From the NCBI GenBank assembly GCA_964016885.1, contig OZ024743.1, forward strand, positions 355,942,001-356,006,000: a stretch of 64,000 bases of DNA, in the 5' to 3' direction. Made by a program: the position numbers and the translations under genes. The notes under the pieces are model-generated. The model made no database searches, was not told where the DNA came from, and saw only the letters and a list, made by a program, of their open reading frames with translations. Of this stretch, positions 1 through 14,410 are shown one piece after another. The DNA comes from Eledone cirrhosa (Eukaryota). Numbering within the stretch: the stretch's first letter is position 1; each line of letters starts with the position of its first letter.

Positions 1-480
1 GATAAATAAAAAAAATTGAAAACAACACGCGTTACAGCATGTGATTCGCGCAAAGTGAATATTTGATAATAATTTTTCAAGAGATGTTAAAGAGAATTTG
101 CCTACTTCAAGTTCACGTAAAAAGCAAACAGACTGTATATGTATATATTGTGGAAAATGGATATTAAATGATTATATATATACACACACACGCACACACA
201 CACACACAAACAAACACACACACACACATATATATATATATACTCATTTATATGTATATGTGTGTGTACATCTGTGTTCATGTTTGATTCTCTGTTTATA
301 TCCCCAAACTGTGCAGTTTGATGAAAAAAAAAAAGATCAATAAAATAAGTAGCAGAGTTGATATGATCAAATACCTTAAGGCAGTGCCTCAGCAAAGCCA
401 CAGTCTAGACTGAAACCAGTAGTAGAATATAAGAAGAAAACAAACTGGGATATGTAAAGAGTTATATAGAAGTTTATGAA

Positions 481-915
481 GACCTGTGACTTAGTGGATA
501 GAGTGTTGGGTTCACTTTGTTTTCTTGAGAAAGACACTTTATTTCACATTACTCCAGGCTACTCAGCTGGCGAAAATGAATTGTATCTGTAATTCAAAGG
601 GCCAATCTTGTCACATTTCGCTGAATCCCTCCGAAAATTGTTAATCCTTTAGCATTTAAACCGGACATATCCGGCCAGAATCCCCTCACTTCTTTCTGTT
701 CAAATCTCATAGATTCGATATTTTGTGAGATAATTATGTAAAATAAAGCATTTATCACAAAAAAATTACAATAGTAAATGTAGAGTAATGTTAATAGCTA
801 AAGGGTTAAGAGTGCACATGCCTATAGAATGCTCAGTCACTTGCATGTTAATTTTACAAGAAGGCTGTTCTATTGACAAAAAAAAACAGGAACACTGGTC
901 GTAACCAATGAAGGT
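481..915 (+). mobile_element. Decayed CORE-like tRNA-SINE (tail type D), split by a TTAA MITE
   Basis: Head CTTAGTGGATAGAGTGTTGG and core TTGAGAAAGACACTTTATTTCACATTACTCCAG..CTCAGCTG. Colinear with the uninterrupted copy at 45268-45570. Confidence 0.7.
645..805. mobile_element. piggyBac-like non-autonomous element (MITE family 1)
   Basis: TTAA at 641-644 and 806-809; termini TCCTTTAGC..GCTAAAGGG; homologous inverted copy at 62312-62514. Confidence 0.75.
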
Positions 916-1996
916 CCAATAAATATAGAAATTTAGGATATCATGAGTAGAGGTTAAGTGAGAGCATTGTCCAACATCCTGTGGAGGGGAATAGGGGTGA
1001 GATAGAGCTGACATACAATAACCAGTAGAATGGACACTGGAACCTTGACATCTCTTTCTATTTCTTCACAAACATAGACAAAGAAACAGACACACACATT
1101 TGGCTGTGAATATGTGCTAGTATGTGTGCATGCATGTGTGTGTATCCCTGTGTCAACATTATTAGCATTAGAGACCAGAAAAAATACCATTATAAAGACA
1201 GGTGTATGCATATATATATATATATGCATGCGTGTGTTTGTGTTAGCATTTGTGCATTCATGTGTGTGTATATATATATGTGCATGTATGTATATATGTG
1301 CATGTAAGCATATGTGTGCATGTGGCAGTGAATGTAAGAAGATAAGGTGACAGTACATTAACATAACAGCTGAAAGGCAATGGATGAGAGTGAAAGGAGG
1401 AGGGAGGAAGAGGAGGTGCAGTGTGAGTAGGAGGAATATTGAAGGTAGCAGCTATAGAAATCAGTGGTGAAGTCAGGTGTCCATGACATATCAATGGAAT
1501 GACTGACAGTATCTGCCATCATTTCCACTTTCTTTCACTTTACAAGGAATACATGGCACACTAACACACACACACACACACAATCACATACATAAATATA
1601 TATACATATATATATACATACACACACATTTTTCATTCATCTGCTTCGGATCCACTCCTGGATGAAGCCTCACCATGTGGTGGCTGACTTATCTATGCTA
1701 TATATATAGAGAGAGAGAGGGGGGGGGGGGATAGAGAGAGAGGGGTGTAGGGTGGAAAGAGAGAGATGTTAAACTAACACAGCAAACATCAAAATTTATA
1801 CAATAGATATCAATCTGACAACTGAAACTGAATCTGGATATAATCTAGTTCTCATTGTATTAACAACAACATAACATACATACACTGAATACATGATGGT
1901 ATAACAGCCACAGTCAAACATAACAGTTAATATAGCAAAAAAAAAACAATTATCAGACACTGAGTAATCAGAACATATATAAAATAAATAAATACA

Positions 1997-3180
1997 TGAT
2001 GGTATTAGAATTACAGTCAAACACATCAGACATTGAGTCAACACATCATATATACAGTGGATATATAATGGTATTACAACTACAGTCAAACACATCAGAC
2101 ATTGAGTCAACATATCATATATACAGTGGATATATAATGGTATTACAACTACAGTCAAACACATCAGACATTGAGTCAACACATCATATATAGTGGATAT
2201 ATAATGGTATTACAACTACAGTCAAACACATCAGACATTGAGTCAACACATCATATATACAGTGGATATATAATGGTATTACAACTACAGTCAAACACAT
2301 CAGACATTGAGTCAACACAACATATATACAGTGGATATATAATGGTATTACAACTACAGTCAAACACATCAGACATTGAGTCAACACATCATATATACAG
2401 TGGATATATAATGGTATTACAACTACAGTCAAACACATCAGACATTGAGTCAACACAACATATATACAGTGGATATATAATGGTATTACAACTACAGTCA
2501 AACACATCAGACATTGAGTCAACACATCATATATACAGTGGATATATAATGGTATTACAACTACAGTCAAACACATCAGACATTGAGTCAACATATATAC
2601 AGTGGATATATAATGGTATTACAACTACAGTCAAACACATCAGACATTGAGTCAACATATATACAGTGGATATATAATGGTATTACAACTACAGTCAAAC
2701 ACATCAGACATTGAGTCAACACATCATATATACAGTGGATATATAATGGTATTACAACTACAGTCAAACACATCAGACATTGAGTCAACATATATACAGT
2801 GGATATATAATGGTATTACAACTACAGTCAAACACATCAGACATTGAGTCAACATATATACAGTGGATATATAATGGTATTACAACTACAGTCAAACAGA
2901 TCAGACATTGAGTCAACACATCATATATACAGTGGATATATAATGGTATTACAACTACAGTCAAACACATCAGACATTGAGTCAACACATCATATATACA
3001 GTGGATATATAATGGTATTACAACTACAGTCAAACACATCAGACATTGAGTCAACACATCATATATACAGTGGATATATAATGGTATTACAACTACAGTC
3101 AAATACATCAGACATTGAGTCAACATATCATATATACAGTGGATATATAATGGTATTACAACTACAGTCAAATACATCAG
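1997..3180. repeat. 69-bp minisatellite A, about 17 copies (some 64/67-bp variants)
   Basis: Unit ATGGTATTACAACTACAGTCAAACACATCAGACATTGAGTCAACACATCATATATACAGTGGATATATA read directly; explains the 23-aa periodic ORFs. Confidence 0.97.
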
Positions 3181-3639
3181 CTAATTTAGACAATAAACAC
3201 TGGTCAAACACATTGAATATTGAGTCAACACAACATGATATGCTATACTTTGACCCCATAACTTCTAGTGGTGGGGCCACAATACAACACTCTGTACATT
3301 CTGTAGAACATGGTAATGTAAGTGGGATGTGCTCCTCCAGTCTATCTAAGAGGTCTGGCTCTAAGTATAGACTTGGTTGTGATGACCTGTCCAACCCATG
3401 CTAACAGGGAAAATGCACAATAAATGATTGAACAATTTTTCTGAACATAAAATGCCTTGGGTAACAAACAGTTTCTCAAGTAACAAACTCACAATCTGGC
3501 AACAAAGGTTGACAACAAGCTGGTAGTATCGGCAGGAAAGCATCACTTGCTGTGTAGTTAGTTCTTATGATGACACCTGTCTTTCACACATAGTCTCTCT
3601 CTCTCACTGTATTTCATTCTCAACATTTTGATGGGAAAA

Positions 3640-4265
3640 ATAGTTCCAATTAAATCAACCCCAGTGCATTACTGGTGCTTTATTTTATTGACCTCGTAAG
3701 GATGAAAGGCAAACTAACCTCGGTGGGATTTGAACTCAGAACGTAAAGGGCCATAACACTATGCTACGAAGCAGGGTGTCCAATGCTCTACCGATGCTGC
3801 CAATCCACCACCATCTTCAATAATAATTGTTTCTACTTTTGGTATAAGGCCAACAACCCCAGTGCATTACTGGTAGTTTATTTTATCAACCCCGTAAGGA
3901 TGAAAGGCAAAGCTAACCTCGGTGGAATTTGAACTTAGAACGTAAAGGGCCCAAACACTATGCTACGAAGTATGGTGTCTGAAGCTCTACAGATACTGCC
4001 AATCCCCCGCCAATTTGCCATCTTCAATAATAATAACAATTTCTAACATAAGCACAAGACCATGGAGAGGGAGGAGGGGCCTTAGTTGATTATATGAACC
4101 CTAGTACTTGCAGGTACTTTATCTTATCTACTCTCACCCTGCCACCTGCGCAGAAGGATGGAAAGCAAAGTTGACCTCAGTAGAATTTCAACCCAAAACA
4201 TTAAGAGGAGCTGGGGGAAATACAACAAAGGTATTTTGTTCAATGCTCTAATAATCCTCACCATG
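3640..4265 (-). mobile_element. Cluster of three tRNA-derived SINE-A copies
   Basis: Repeated CCAGTGCATTACTGG..GTAAGGATGAAAGGCAAAG..GGATTTGAACTCAG (B-box GAGTTCAAATCC on minus), with (ATT)n tails. Confidence 0.85.
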
Positions 4266-4764
4266 ATTTCTAACATAGCACAGACACAGAACTAGAAATT
4301 TGAAGGAAGAATATAGTCGATTATATTGATCCAGTCAATGGCCATAAATAATAGTAATGATAATGATAAGATTATTTTTTTTTTACAAATTTTATTTCAT
4401 TTCGTTAAATTTTTTTTTTTTAAATAAAACAAATGCGATCATTTGACTGAATCAAAATTGTAAAAACAAATCTTGTAAATACAATGGCCATAACAATAAC
4501 AACACTCTAAACTACTACTACTACTACTTCCTCCTCCTCCACTGGAAACAATAACAATGACTATACTATAATTAGCAACACAATAACTACTACACAACAA
4601 ACACACTGTCAATCACAATCACCACCACCACCACCACCACCACCGCCACTGCAACCATATAATAGACATTGTAATGATCTCCCCATCACAACCCCCCTCC
4701 CCCTACCATCAATATTACCATAAACATAAGTATGACTACTGCAACTACTACAGTAATAATAATG

Positions 4765-5385
4765 GTGGTTTCTACTATAGGCACAGGGCCAGTCATTTGG
4801 GGAGAGGGGGAAATCAATTAAATCGACCCCAGTGCATTACTGGTGTATTATGCCGTAAGGATGAAAGGCAAAGCTAACCTCGGCGGGATTTGAACTCAGA
4901 CCATGTAAAGCATGGAGTCCGACACTCTACCAACACTGCCAATCCACCACCCTAATAATAATAATTGTTTCTACTTTTGGCACAAGGCCAGCAATTACCC
5001 AGTGCATTACTGGTACTTTATTTTATCAACCCCGTAAGGATGAAAGACAAAGTTAACCTCGGCGGGATTTGAACTCAGACCGTTTCATTTATTGGCCACA
5101 AGGGCCAACATGTAGGAGACAATACAAAGACAGGGACAGTGGGGGTTAATAACAATGATAATGATAATAACAACACTAATAATTGTTTCTACTTTAGGCA
5201 CAAGGCCAGCAATTACCCAGTGCATTACTGGTACTTTATTTTATCGACCCCGTAAGGATGAAAGGCAAAGTTAACCTCGGCGGGATTTGAACTCAGACTG
5301 TAAAGGGCCGTAACTATGCTAGAAAGCATGGTGTTCAACCCTCTACCGATACTGCCAATCCACCGCCCTAATAATAATAATAATA
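4765..5385 (-). mobile_element. Cluster of three SINE-A copies
   Basis: Same consensus, head-to-tail, separated by (AAT)n. Confidence 0.85.
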
Positions 5386-6339
5386 ACCATCATCTTCATG
5401 CTAACACTAATAATAATAATAACCATTATCTTCATGCTAACACCACTACAACTACTATTACAAGCCACTGACAATGACCAGGCATGTGTGTGCTCTACGT
5501 AGATGCCCTGCCAGCTAGAAATAGTAGCAAATCTCTCTCAAATCATTACTGCTTTAAAAAAAAAGGAAACACAGGAAGATGTCATTGTTCTGAGTGCAGT
5601 GTGTCTGGGGGGAGAATCAGGAGAGTCAAAGCTGGGCTGGGATGCTCTTTGGTCAAAAGGCTGCCTGATAACGACTGACCTAGGGCTAAAGAACAACTAC
5701 AACTACTATAGTACATATTGCCATCACCACCACAACCATGACTGATACTACTACTACTACAACTACTACTACAAACTAGGACAAGGACCATACTTCAGGA
5801 TTACCAAAGTTACCACCACCAACAACACCAACACAGCTATAACATGCACCACACCATAACCATGATACCACTGGAACCACCAACACAACTATAAGAAGCA
5901 TCCTTATGACTGCTGCTGACACCACCAACACCACCACCACCACCACCATCTCAACCCTTACAACTACTATAATAAGCATCATTATGGTCAAAATAACCCC
6001 CATCGCTACCACTGCCAATTCCACCACCACCATACTTCAGATCAATTTCAAACAAGTCAGACATGGGATTTCTCATTCATTCCAAATGACAGGATTAGTT
6101 ACAAAACATACACACACACACACACACACTTGAAGCACTTTTGACACACATACACACACAAAGTTCCAGATACACACAGATACATACCTGAAGCAGATTG
6201 ACACACCTTATATATTAACATAGACACACACACACACATATACATACCTTTACAAACACACACACTGAGGTCCAGACACACATATACATACCTTTGCAAA
6301 CATATTCCCCCCCCACACACACAGTGACCTATTAATCCA

Positions 6340-6580
6340 CTTTATACATACACAGCTACAAGACACACACACAAGACACAGCTATAAGACACACTCACAA
6401 TACACACACAAGACACAGCTACAAGACACAGCTATAAGACACACTCACAATACACACACAAGACACAGCTATAAGACACACTCACAATACACACACAAGA
6501 CACAGCTACAAGACACACACACAATACACAGCTACAAGACACAGCTACAAGACACACATACAAGACACACACACAATACA
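6340..6580. repeat. Degenerate tandem repeat ACACAGCTA(C/T)AAG / (AC)n
   Basis: Direct reading. Confidence 0.85.
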
Positions 6581-6829
6581 CACTCATGCAGACCAGAATA
6601 GAGCAGTCAGCACACATCATACAGACAGGCATACACTATACACACACACAACTATACATCATACAAACACACAGGAATACAGCATTATAACCACACACAC
6701 ACGCATATTCAGCATTATAAACACAAACATATATTATAATCACACACACACACATGTACTCATGCATACATTACACACAAATACATACAACACTTACACA
6801 CACAGACACATTATGCACATATACTCCAC

Positions 6830-8750
6830 CACACCTCATCACTCACCATCACATTACACTGTATACACACTACATATAACATTGTAACACACCACACCAC
6901 CACATTACACTGTATACTACACACTATACCACATTGCAACACACCACACCACCATATTACACCCCCATACACCACACCACCACATTACACCCCCATACAC
7001 CACACCACTACATTACACTGTATATACACAATATACCACATTGCAACACACCACACACCACATTACACCCCCCATACACCATACCACCACATTACACTGT
7101 ATATACACAATATACCACATTGCAACACACCACACCACCACATTACACCCCCATACACCACACCACTACATTACACTGTATACTACACAATATAATAACA
7201 TGCTACACCTCTGTATTACACCATACGCACACTATATAACCACACAACACACAACAATACATTACACCACAACACACTACCACATTACACCATACACCAC
7301 AACACCACCACATTACACCATACACCACACCACCACAACACCACCACATTACACCATACACCACACCACAACACCACCACACACCACAATACACCATACA
7401 CCACACCACCACATTACACCATACACCACACCACCACATTACATCACACCACACCACACACCACCACGTTACACCATACACCACACCACATCACTACATT
7501 ACACCATACACCACACCACACCACTACACCACCACATTACACCATATACCACACCACACCACCACATTACACCATACACCACACCACCACATTACACCAC
7601 ACCACTACACCACCACATTACACCATATACCACACCACACCACCACATTACACCATACACCACACCACTACACCACCACATTACACCATACACCATACCA
7701 CATTACACAATACACCATACACCACATTACACCACACCACACCACCACAATACACCATACACCACACTACAACATTACACCATACACCACCACATTACAC
7801 CATACACCACACCACACCACCACATTACACCATACACCACACCACATCACTACATTACACCATACACCACTACACCACCACATTACACCATACACCATAC
7901 CACATTACACAATACACCATACACCACATTACACCACACCACACCACCACAATACACCATACACCACACTACAACATTACACCATACACCACCACATTAC
8001 ACCATACACCACACCACACCACCACATTACACCATACACCACACCACATCACTACATTACACCATACACCACACCACTACACCACCACATTACACCATAC
8101 ACCACACCACATCACTACATTACACCATACACCACACCACATTACACCATACACCACACCACATCACTACATTACACCATACACCACACCACCACACCAC
8201 CACATTACACCATACACCATACCACCACATTACACAATACACCATACACCACATTACACCACCACATTACACCATACACCACACCACCACATTACACCAT
8301 ACACCACAACATTACACCATACACCACACCACCACATTACACCATACACACCACCACATTACACCATACACCACATCACTACATTACACCATACACCACA
8401 CCACTACATTACACCATACACCACACCACACCACCACATTACACCATACACCACACCACCACATTACACCATACCACAACATCACTACATTTCACCATAC
8501 ACCACACCACCACATTACACCATACCACACCACCACAACACACCATACACACACTATATATAACATTGTAACATATCACGCACCACACCACCACATTACA
8601 CCATACACCATATCATATACACAAATTGTACAGCAACACCAAATTACACCTCACACACACATGATACACTCCACTACCACACAACACCATACAACCACAT
8701 CACCACACCACACCACACCACACCACACCACACCACACCACACATCACAG
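6830..8750. repeat. Low-complexity C/A-rich satellite (CACCA, CATTACACCATACAC motifs)
   Basis: Almost G-free on + strand, which explains the stop-free 606-aa H/T/P/Y ORF. Confidence 0.95.
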
Positions 8751-8834
8751 TGGCCATCAATCAATCCCAAAGCCATAAATTTATCAAGCAAAGATAAATG
8801 CCATTTTTATATTCTCCATAGTGAAACTAGAGTT

Positions 8835-9510
8835 AACGGTGGTGTTGGTGGCAGTTGGTGATGTGGTAGTGGCGATGGAGGTGGTAGTAGTAGTAGTGGT
8901 GGTGGTGGTATTAGTGTTGGTGGTGGAGGTATTGGTGATGGTAGTGGTGGTTGTATTGGTGATGGTAGAAGTATTGGTGGTTGTGGTAGAGATAATGGTG
9001 GTGGAATTGATAATGATAGAGTTGGTGGTATTAGTGATGATGATGGAGGTGGTAGTGGTGATTGTGATGTAGGTGGTGCTGCTGCTGGTGATAGTGGCGA
9101 TGATATTGATGATGGAGCTAGAGTTACTGGTGGTGCTGCTGTTGCTGGTAGTATTGATAATGATGGTGGTGGAGGTTGTGGTGGTGGTTATGGTGCTGGT
9201 AATAGTGGTGAATGTATTGGTGATGGTGGTGGTTGTGATATTGAAGGTGTTGGTGATTGAGCTAGAGGTGGTGATTATGGTGGCATTGGTTATGATGGTG
9301 TAGATATTGATGATGTGAAGGTGGTGGTGGTGGTGATGAAGATGGTTGTGATGGTAGTAGTAGTAGTGATTATATCAATAGCGGCTACTGTGGCAGTGAT
9401 TATATCAGTAATGAGTACTATAGTTGTGACTGTATCAGGAGTGGTTACTGTGGTAATGACTGTATTAGTAGTGGTTACTGTGGTAGTGATTGTATCAATA
9501 ATCGTGATGT
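8835..9510. repeat. Degenerate (GGT/GAT)n trinucleotide tract
   Basis: Direct reading. Confidence 0.9.
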
Positions 9511-9939
9511 AGTCATTGTTGTTTAACCTGGGAAAACATAACTTCAGTAGAATCATCATTAAAAATTCTCTACCTGCTATTATCTACTAATGTTTTTGTC
9601 ATGTAGTGTGTAAACAGGATTTCATTATCTGATATGTCATTCCTTCTTAAGCTAAGCTGATTTCTTTGCTATTTTTAGCAAGTCAGGCCACCACATAGAG
9701 GAAGCAGGAACAACCTGCTTGTCAAATTACATGCAAGTGGCTAAGGATTCCACAATATAGAAGACATTTGCATAAAGTACCACAGAGTGTGGTAGAGCCC
9801 AAGACCAAACACATGGTAACTTCTTAAGCATACAATCATGCTTGTACTTATATATATATAAACTTCATTTTTGTATTTGTATTGCAAGATTCTTGATATG
9901 AAATCATGTGTTGTAACAGATAGTGTTATACAATGTCTA

Positions 9940-10480
9940 TGAGCAAAGTGTCTCAGACAGATTAAGGAAGCCACACATATAAAAGAAAATAAACAAACTA
10001 AATAGGAAGCATGAATGGAATAACAACCCCACGATCTACCAACTGACAGCAATATATGGTACATACACATGGAAAAAATAACAACTACCTAATGATGGGT
10101 GAGAAAGACAAGTATAAAACATACACAGAAACATCTGCACAAAAACTTGGAGGAGGAGAAACAAGATATAAAGACATACTTAAATGCACAGACACATATA
10201 TACACATGCCATACACAAACACAGAGGCACAAACATGCATGCATGTGTAGACTACATACACACCACAAAAAGACAAGATGGAGTAAATAGAACAAAATCA
10301 GAACAAAGAAGAGACACAGAGAAGCAAAAATAGTTATTGAGAAGGTCACAGGATGTGTAATGAAAGGCTTTAAAAATTAAAGATAAATAATATTAAACAA
10401 CCATCCAGCTAGTAAATTATCTAATGAAAGGATTTGTTAGTTAACTAACAATAAACTGAAGTGAAATATAACTGGTGCAT
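9940..10480 (+). mobile_element. Possible decayed Penelope-like element (GIY-YIG C-terminus plus downstream terminal repeat)
   Basis: Translation RQIKEATHIKENK-(frameshift)-LNRKHEW resembles the R..KEA..I....LNR end of PLE endonucleases. Downstream CTAATGA and palindrome TTGTTAGTTAACTAACAA. Confidence 0.35.
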
Positions 10481-10521
10481 GTTTTTACTGGCAGCTTGGC
10501 CTTCCCAGAGTATTATATATA

Positions 10522-11026
10522 TCATCATCATCATCATCATCATCGTTTAACGTCCGTGTTCCACGCTTGCATGGGTTTGGACGGAGGGTTTTCCCACTTG
10601 AGGCAAGAGTGGTTATCTTGCTCGCATAGGACTATCTGGCGGGTTTTCTACAGCTGGATGCCCTTCCTAACACCAACCACATTTACAGTGTGGGGCTGGG
10701 AGGTTTTTACCGTGTTGCCTACACGGCCACATTACAGCGTGAACTGTGTGTTTTTTGACGTGACACCTACACGATCTCATTTGTTTCGGCCTGGATGTTG
10801 TGGCACCAACATAACTTTACATTGAAAGGGGCGGTGTGGATGGGGTGGGGGTGGTGGGACGGGGGTGTATTTTGTTAGAGATGCCTACTGACTGTAGTAG
10901 GTTTTACTTTGTACTTAGGTAAGGCGGGTCTTCTCTATTACTGAGTACCGCCAAAGGTCTCGGTCCAGTGACATTGTCTTGGTGAGGTGTAAGTGTGTGA
11001 GGTCGGAATTTATCAGCTCGTCCCAG
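10522..11026 (-). mobile_element. RTE LINE family A, 3' end only
   Basis: WDELINSDL..DRDLWR C-terminus, 3'UTR matching other family A copies, (GAT)n tail, (TA)n on both sides. Confidence 0.9.
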
Positions 11027-11145
11027 ATATATATATATATATATATACACAAAGAGAGAGAGAGAGAGAAAGATACACAACCACACACAAACATTGTATA
11101 TACATACATTCACATATACATGCATACATACATACATACATACAA

Positions 11146-12960
11146 CATCATTGTTTTCCTTCGTCATATCCTTTGTGAGTCTCAGTGATTTGATGTCAGG
11201 TTTCACAACCTCTGTCCAGGTCTTCTTGGTCTACCTCTACTGTGGCTTCCATTCACTGACATTTCCTGGCACTGCTTCACCCAGCGATCACTGTCCATGC
11301 GCAACACAAATCCATACCAACACAGTCTTCTCCCCTGCACACCACCTCGGATTCCTCTTAAACACAGCCTCTCTCTCAACTCATCCATACTCTGCCTTTC
11401 TCTCACACCTACATTGCACATCATTTCTCTCCAGTCTATGCATGTTCTCTGCAGTCACAACCCATGTTTCACTACAATGCAGCATTGCACACAAGCGTCA
11501 TACAGTCATTCTTTTGTACGTAGGGAGAAACCTTTTGTGGTCAACAGTGGGAGTAGCTCTCTAAATGCCTGAGTATATCTGTCATCTAGCTTCTCCCTTA
11601 GCTACCTGGTGCTGGTCTCTGCTACCTTCATTTTTCCAGTCTTTCCATACCTGTCTTTTGGCTTTAATGGTTCTACACACTGAGCTATTCCAGCACCAGG
11701 TCACCTTCTGATGGCTGGTGCTCTACTCCAGCCACAGGTAGTAGTTTGCAAAAAGTTGTCACGCAAGAATTTCCAGTTGTCCTCTACATCATAACTATCT
11801 AGCTCGTCACTTCTCTCATCAAACGCATCATCATCCTCATCATTTTAAGTCCGCTTTTCCCTGCTTGCAAAGGTGGGACGAGAACTAATTCTGGCTTGAT
11901 TTCTACAGCTGGATGCCCTTCCTAACACCAACCTCATTTACAGTGAGTGCTGGGTGCCTTTTTTTTGTGGCACCTCCACGACCACTTTGCAGTGGAATGA
12001 TATGGACCCCAGTCCCTATCATCTCATTTCTACAGCTGAGTAAATTGGAGCAATGTGAAATAAAGTGTCTTGCTCAAGGAAACAACACCTCACCCGGTCT
12101 GAGAACTGAACTCACATTTCGATTGCAAGGCCAATGCTCTAACCACTTAGCCATGTGCCTCCATCCTGTAGGATATTTAACAGAAAGGTCCTTTAGCTTC
12201 CACACCCGTCTCCATATTTTCTTGCGTATCTTGTTCTGTCTTGTGCTTATTTTGAAGTCATTAATAACTAACTTGTTTTGGGCAGTGCACTGTTCCCCAG
12301 AGTAAGCCTTAGTATTTATTACAGTCTGTTTGTCTTGTTCTCTTACAAGTAAGTAATCAATTTAACTTTTGTGTTTGCCTGGCTGATATGAGATTGGGTA
12401 GCTGACTGCTTTTCTAAAATGTGTGCTGCAAATGGTTAGTTCATTTGTGTCATAGAATTCCAGGAGCCTCAGTCCCTCTTCATTTCTTGAGCCATATCCA
12501 TAGCTGCCATGAACTCCACTGGATCTGTCCTGGTACTACCCTACATGTCTGTTGAAGTCGCCTGCCAGGATGATGAAGTCACCTTTATTGATGCCTGAAC
12601 CTGTCCTTTACTTAGTCCTGCCTGTGGAGCATAGGTAGATGTAATTGCCACCATCCTATTTCCTATTGTTAATCTAAGCTTGATAATTCTGTCCCTTATT
12701 CTAACTTCTATAACCTTATCTATCCATTTCTCACCTAGTAAGATGTCTACACCTCATACCGCATCATCATTTCCTATCCAGTAAAGTTTGTATCTATGCT
12801 GTTTGCTGTAAGTAGTCTCACTGAGGCATCAGCCCCCATCTCACCTCCTGTACACAGCATATATCAACTTCTCTCCTCTCTAGAAGCTCCATAATTTCAC
12901 CTGATTTTCCTTTCAGGGTGCCAACATTGAGTGTGGCAGTCCTGACTTTCGTACCTTGCC
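11146..12960 (-). mobile_element. Older, internally deleted RTE LINE (APE endonuclease plus C-terminal remnants), interrupted by a SINE
   Basis: VRTATLNVGTLKGKSGEIMELLERREVDICCVQEVRW (APE N-terminus) at about 12830-12950; RRLCWYG..GRPR at 11203-11424. Confidence 0.8.
11826..12163 (-). mobile_element. CORE-like SINE-B with RTE-derived 3' tail
   Basis: Matches 41609-41885 and 46617-46947; tail matches the RTE-B 3'UTR at 41350-41571. Confidence 0.85.
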
Positions 12961-13647
12961 AGTTGCTATTTCCTTTGGTAGAAGTTCTATGTATCTGAAA
13001 GGGAAAAGGGTTATGTGATTGCTTGATGATGGTCAAGGGGTTCTCGCACATGGCTACTCTGTGCACAGCACTAACATGATTAGTGTTAGCCCTGTATACA
13101 AAATTTGTGAGAATTATATTTGTTGAACTTTTCATGTTTTTGGCAGGGTTTGTATGGCTCGATGCCCTACATATCACCAACCACTTTACAGTGTGGACTG
13201 GGTGTATTGTTTGTGCTACCAGCACTAGAGAGGCTGTCTTATTGGACTCAAGAGTCTTCTCCACCCTGTGTTAGTGTTTTTATTTGGAATGTCTATTCTC
13301 TATGTCTACCCCATGAAGTAATTTTTAATTGGAGTTGCTGCTCTCCTAGGCGGGGTGCCATCACCATGGCTTGCAGAGTCCACATCTGCCCTGTGTAGTC
13401 ATTTTTAATTGGGGTCACTACTCTCCTAGACAGGATAGGATACCTTAAGGCCATTTGTAGTTTGAAGTTTCTCCCATTTTATATGATCTGCCATCTCACT
13501 AGCTTACAAACCTCAGCATCTGCCCCGTAAACCATAATCTTAATTTTCTCAGAGAGAGAGAGAGGGGGGGGGGGGTTTAGATAAAAAAAGATAAGAAAAC
13601 AATAGGTAAAATCTGTAAGAGATCTGTTATAATTGGGAATCACTTAC

Positions 13648-13750
13648 TGATTTCAGGCTGTGAGGATAATCAGGACTTCAGGAATATGTGAGCATGAGGT
13701 GCCAGTGGGAGGAAACACCACCACAGTATAGCCTACAAGCAAAGTATCAC
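13648..13750 (-). other. Candidate spliced exon (103 nt), coding status unknown
   Basis: Acceptor ttgtttatttatttctttcag|G and donor TCA|gtaagt in unique sequence; all three frames contain a stop. Confidence 0.35.
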
Positions 13751-14219
13751 CTGAAAGAAATAAATAAACAATATCACTATAATGATCATCATTGGCACCA
13801 TCACCACCAACACCTTTAATATTATCATCTTCATCAAAAGCCAGCGAGGGAACCTCTACATGGTTATTTGGCCTGCAAGAAATGGTAGGTAAATCATCCT
13901 CAAATCATACTGAACTATTTGAAAAACGAATGTAGTCTTGGATGGATATAGTAAGCCTGAATAAACACTAAGCTGGTCATGGTGAAAATGTCTTTGATCA
14001 TACATTTGTAGGTTCAGGATTCTGACCCAAGGCTAAAGAAGAACATCATCACCGACATCATTACCACCACCAACAATATCAACACCACAACATCATCATG
14101 GTCCTTTTCATCATCATCACTTTCAACATTAATAACACCGTTATCACTACCATTGATGAAAAATTTATTTGACATTAGGAATGTTTAGGTAAGCTGATAC
14201 AATGTAAGTTAGAAATAAT

Positions 14220-14410
14220 TGTTTCTACTTTTGGCACAAGGCCATCAATTACCCAGTGCATTACTGGTACTTTGCTTTTCGCCCTTACGGGGTCGATAAA
14301 ATAAAGTTAACCTTGGCGGGATTTGAATTCAGAATGGAAAGGGCCATAACTCTATGCGTCAAAAGCATGGCGTCCGACCCTCTACCGATACTGACAATCC
14401 ACCGCCCTTT
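14220..14410 (-). mobile_element. SINE-A with 12-bp target-site duplication
   Basis: TSD GTTAGAAATAAT at 14208-14219 and 14411-14422. Confidence 0.92.

Noticed and set aside
1996-3404. 23-aa repeat protein ORFs
   Set aside because: Frame is broken by 64- and 67-bp units and ORFs occur on both strands.
7041-8861. 606-aa His/Thr/Pro ORF
   Set aside because: G-poor satellite rarely forms stop codons; no real start and no domain.
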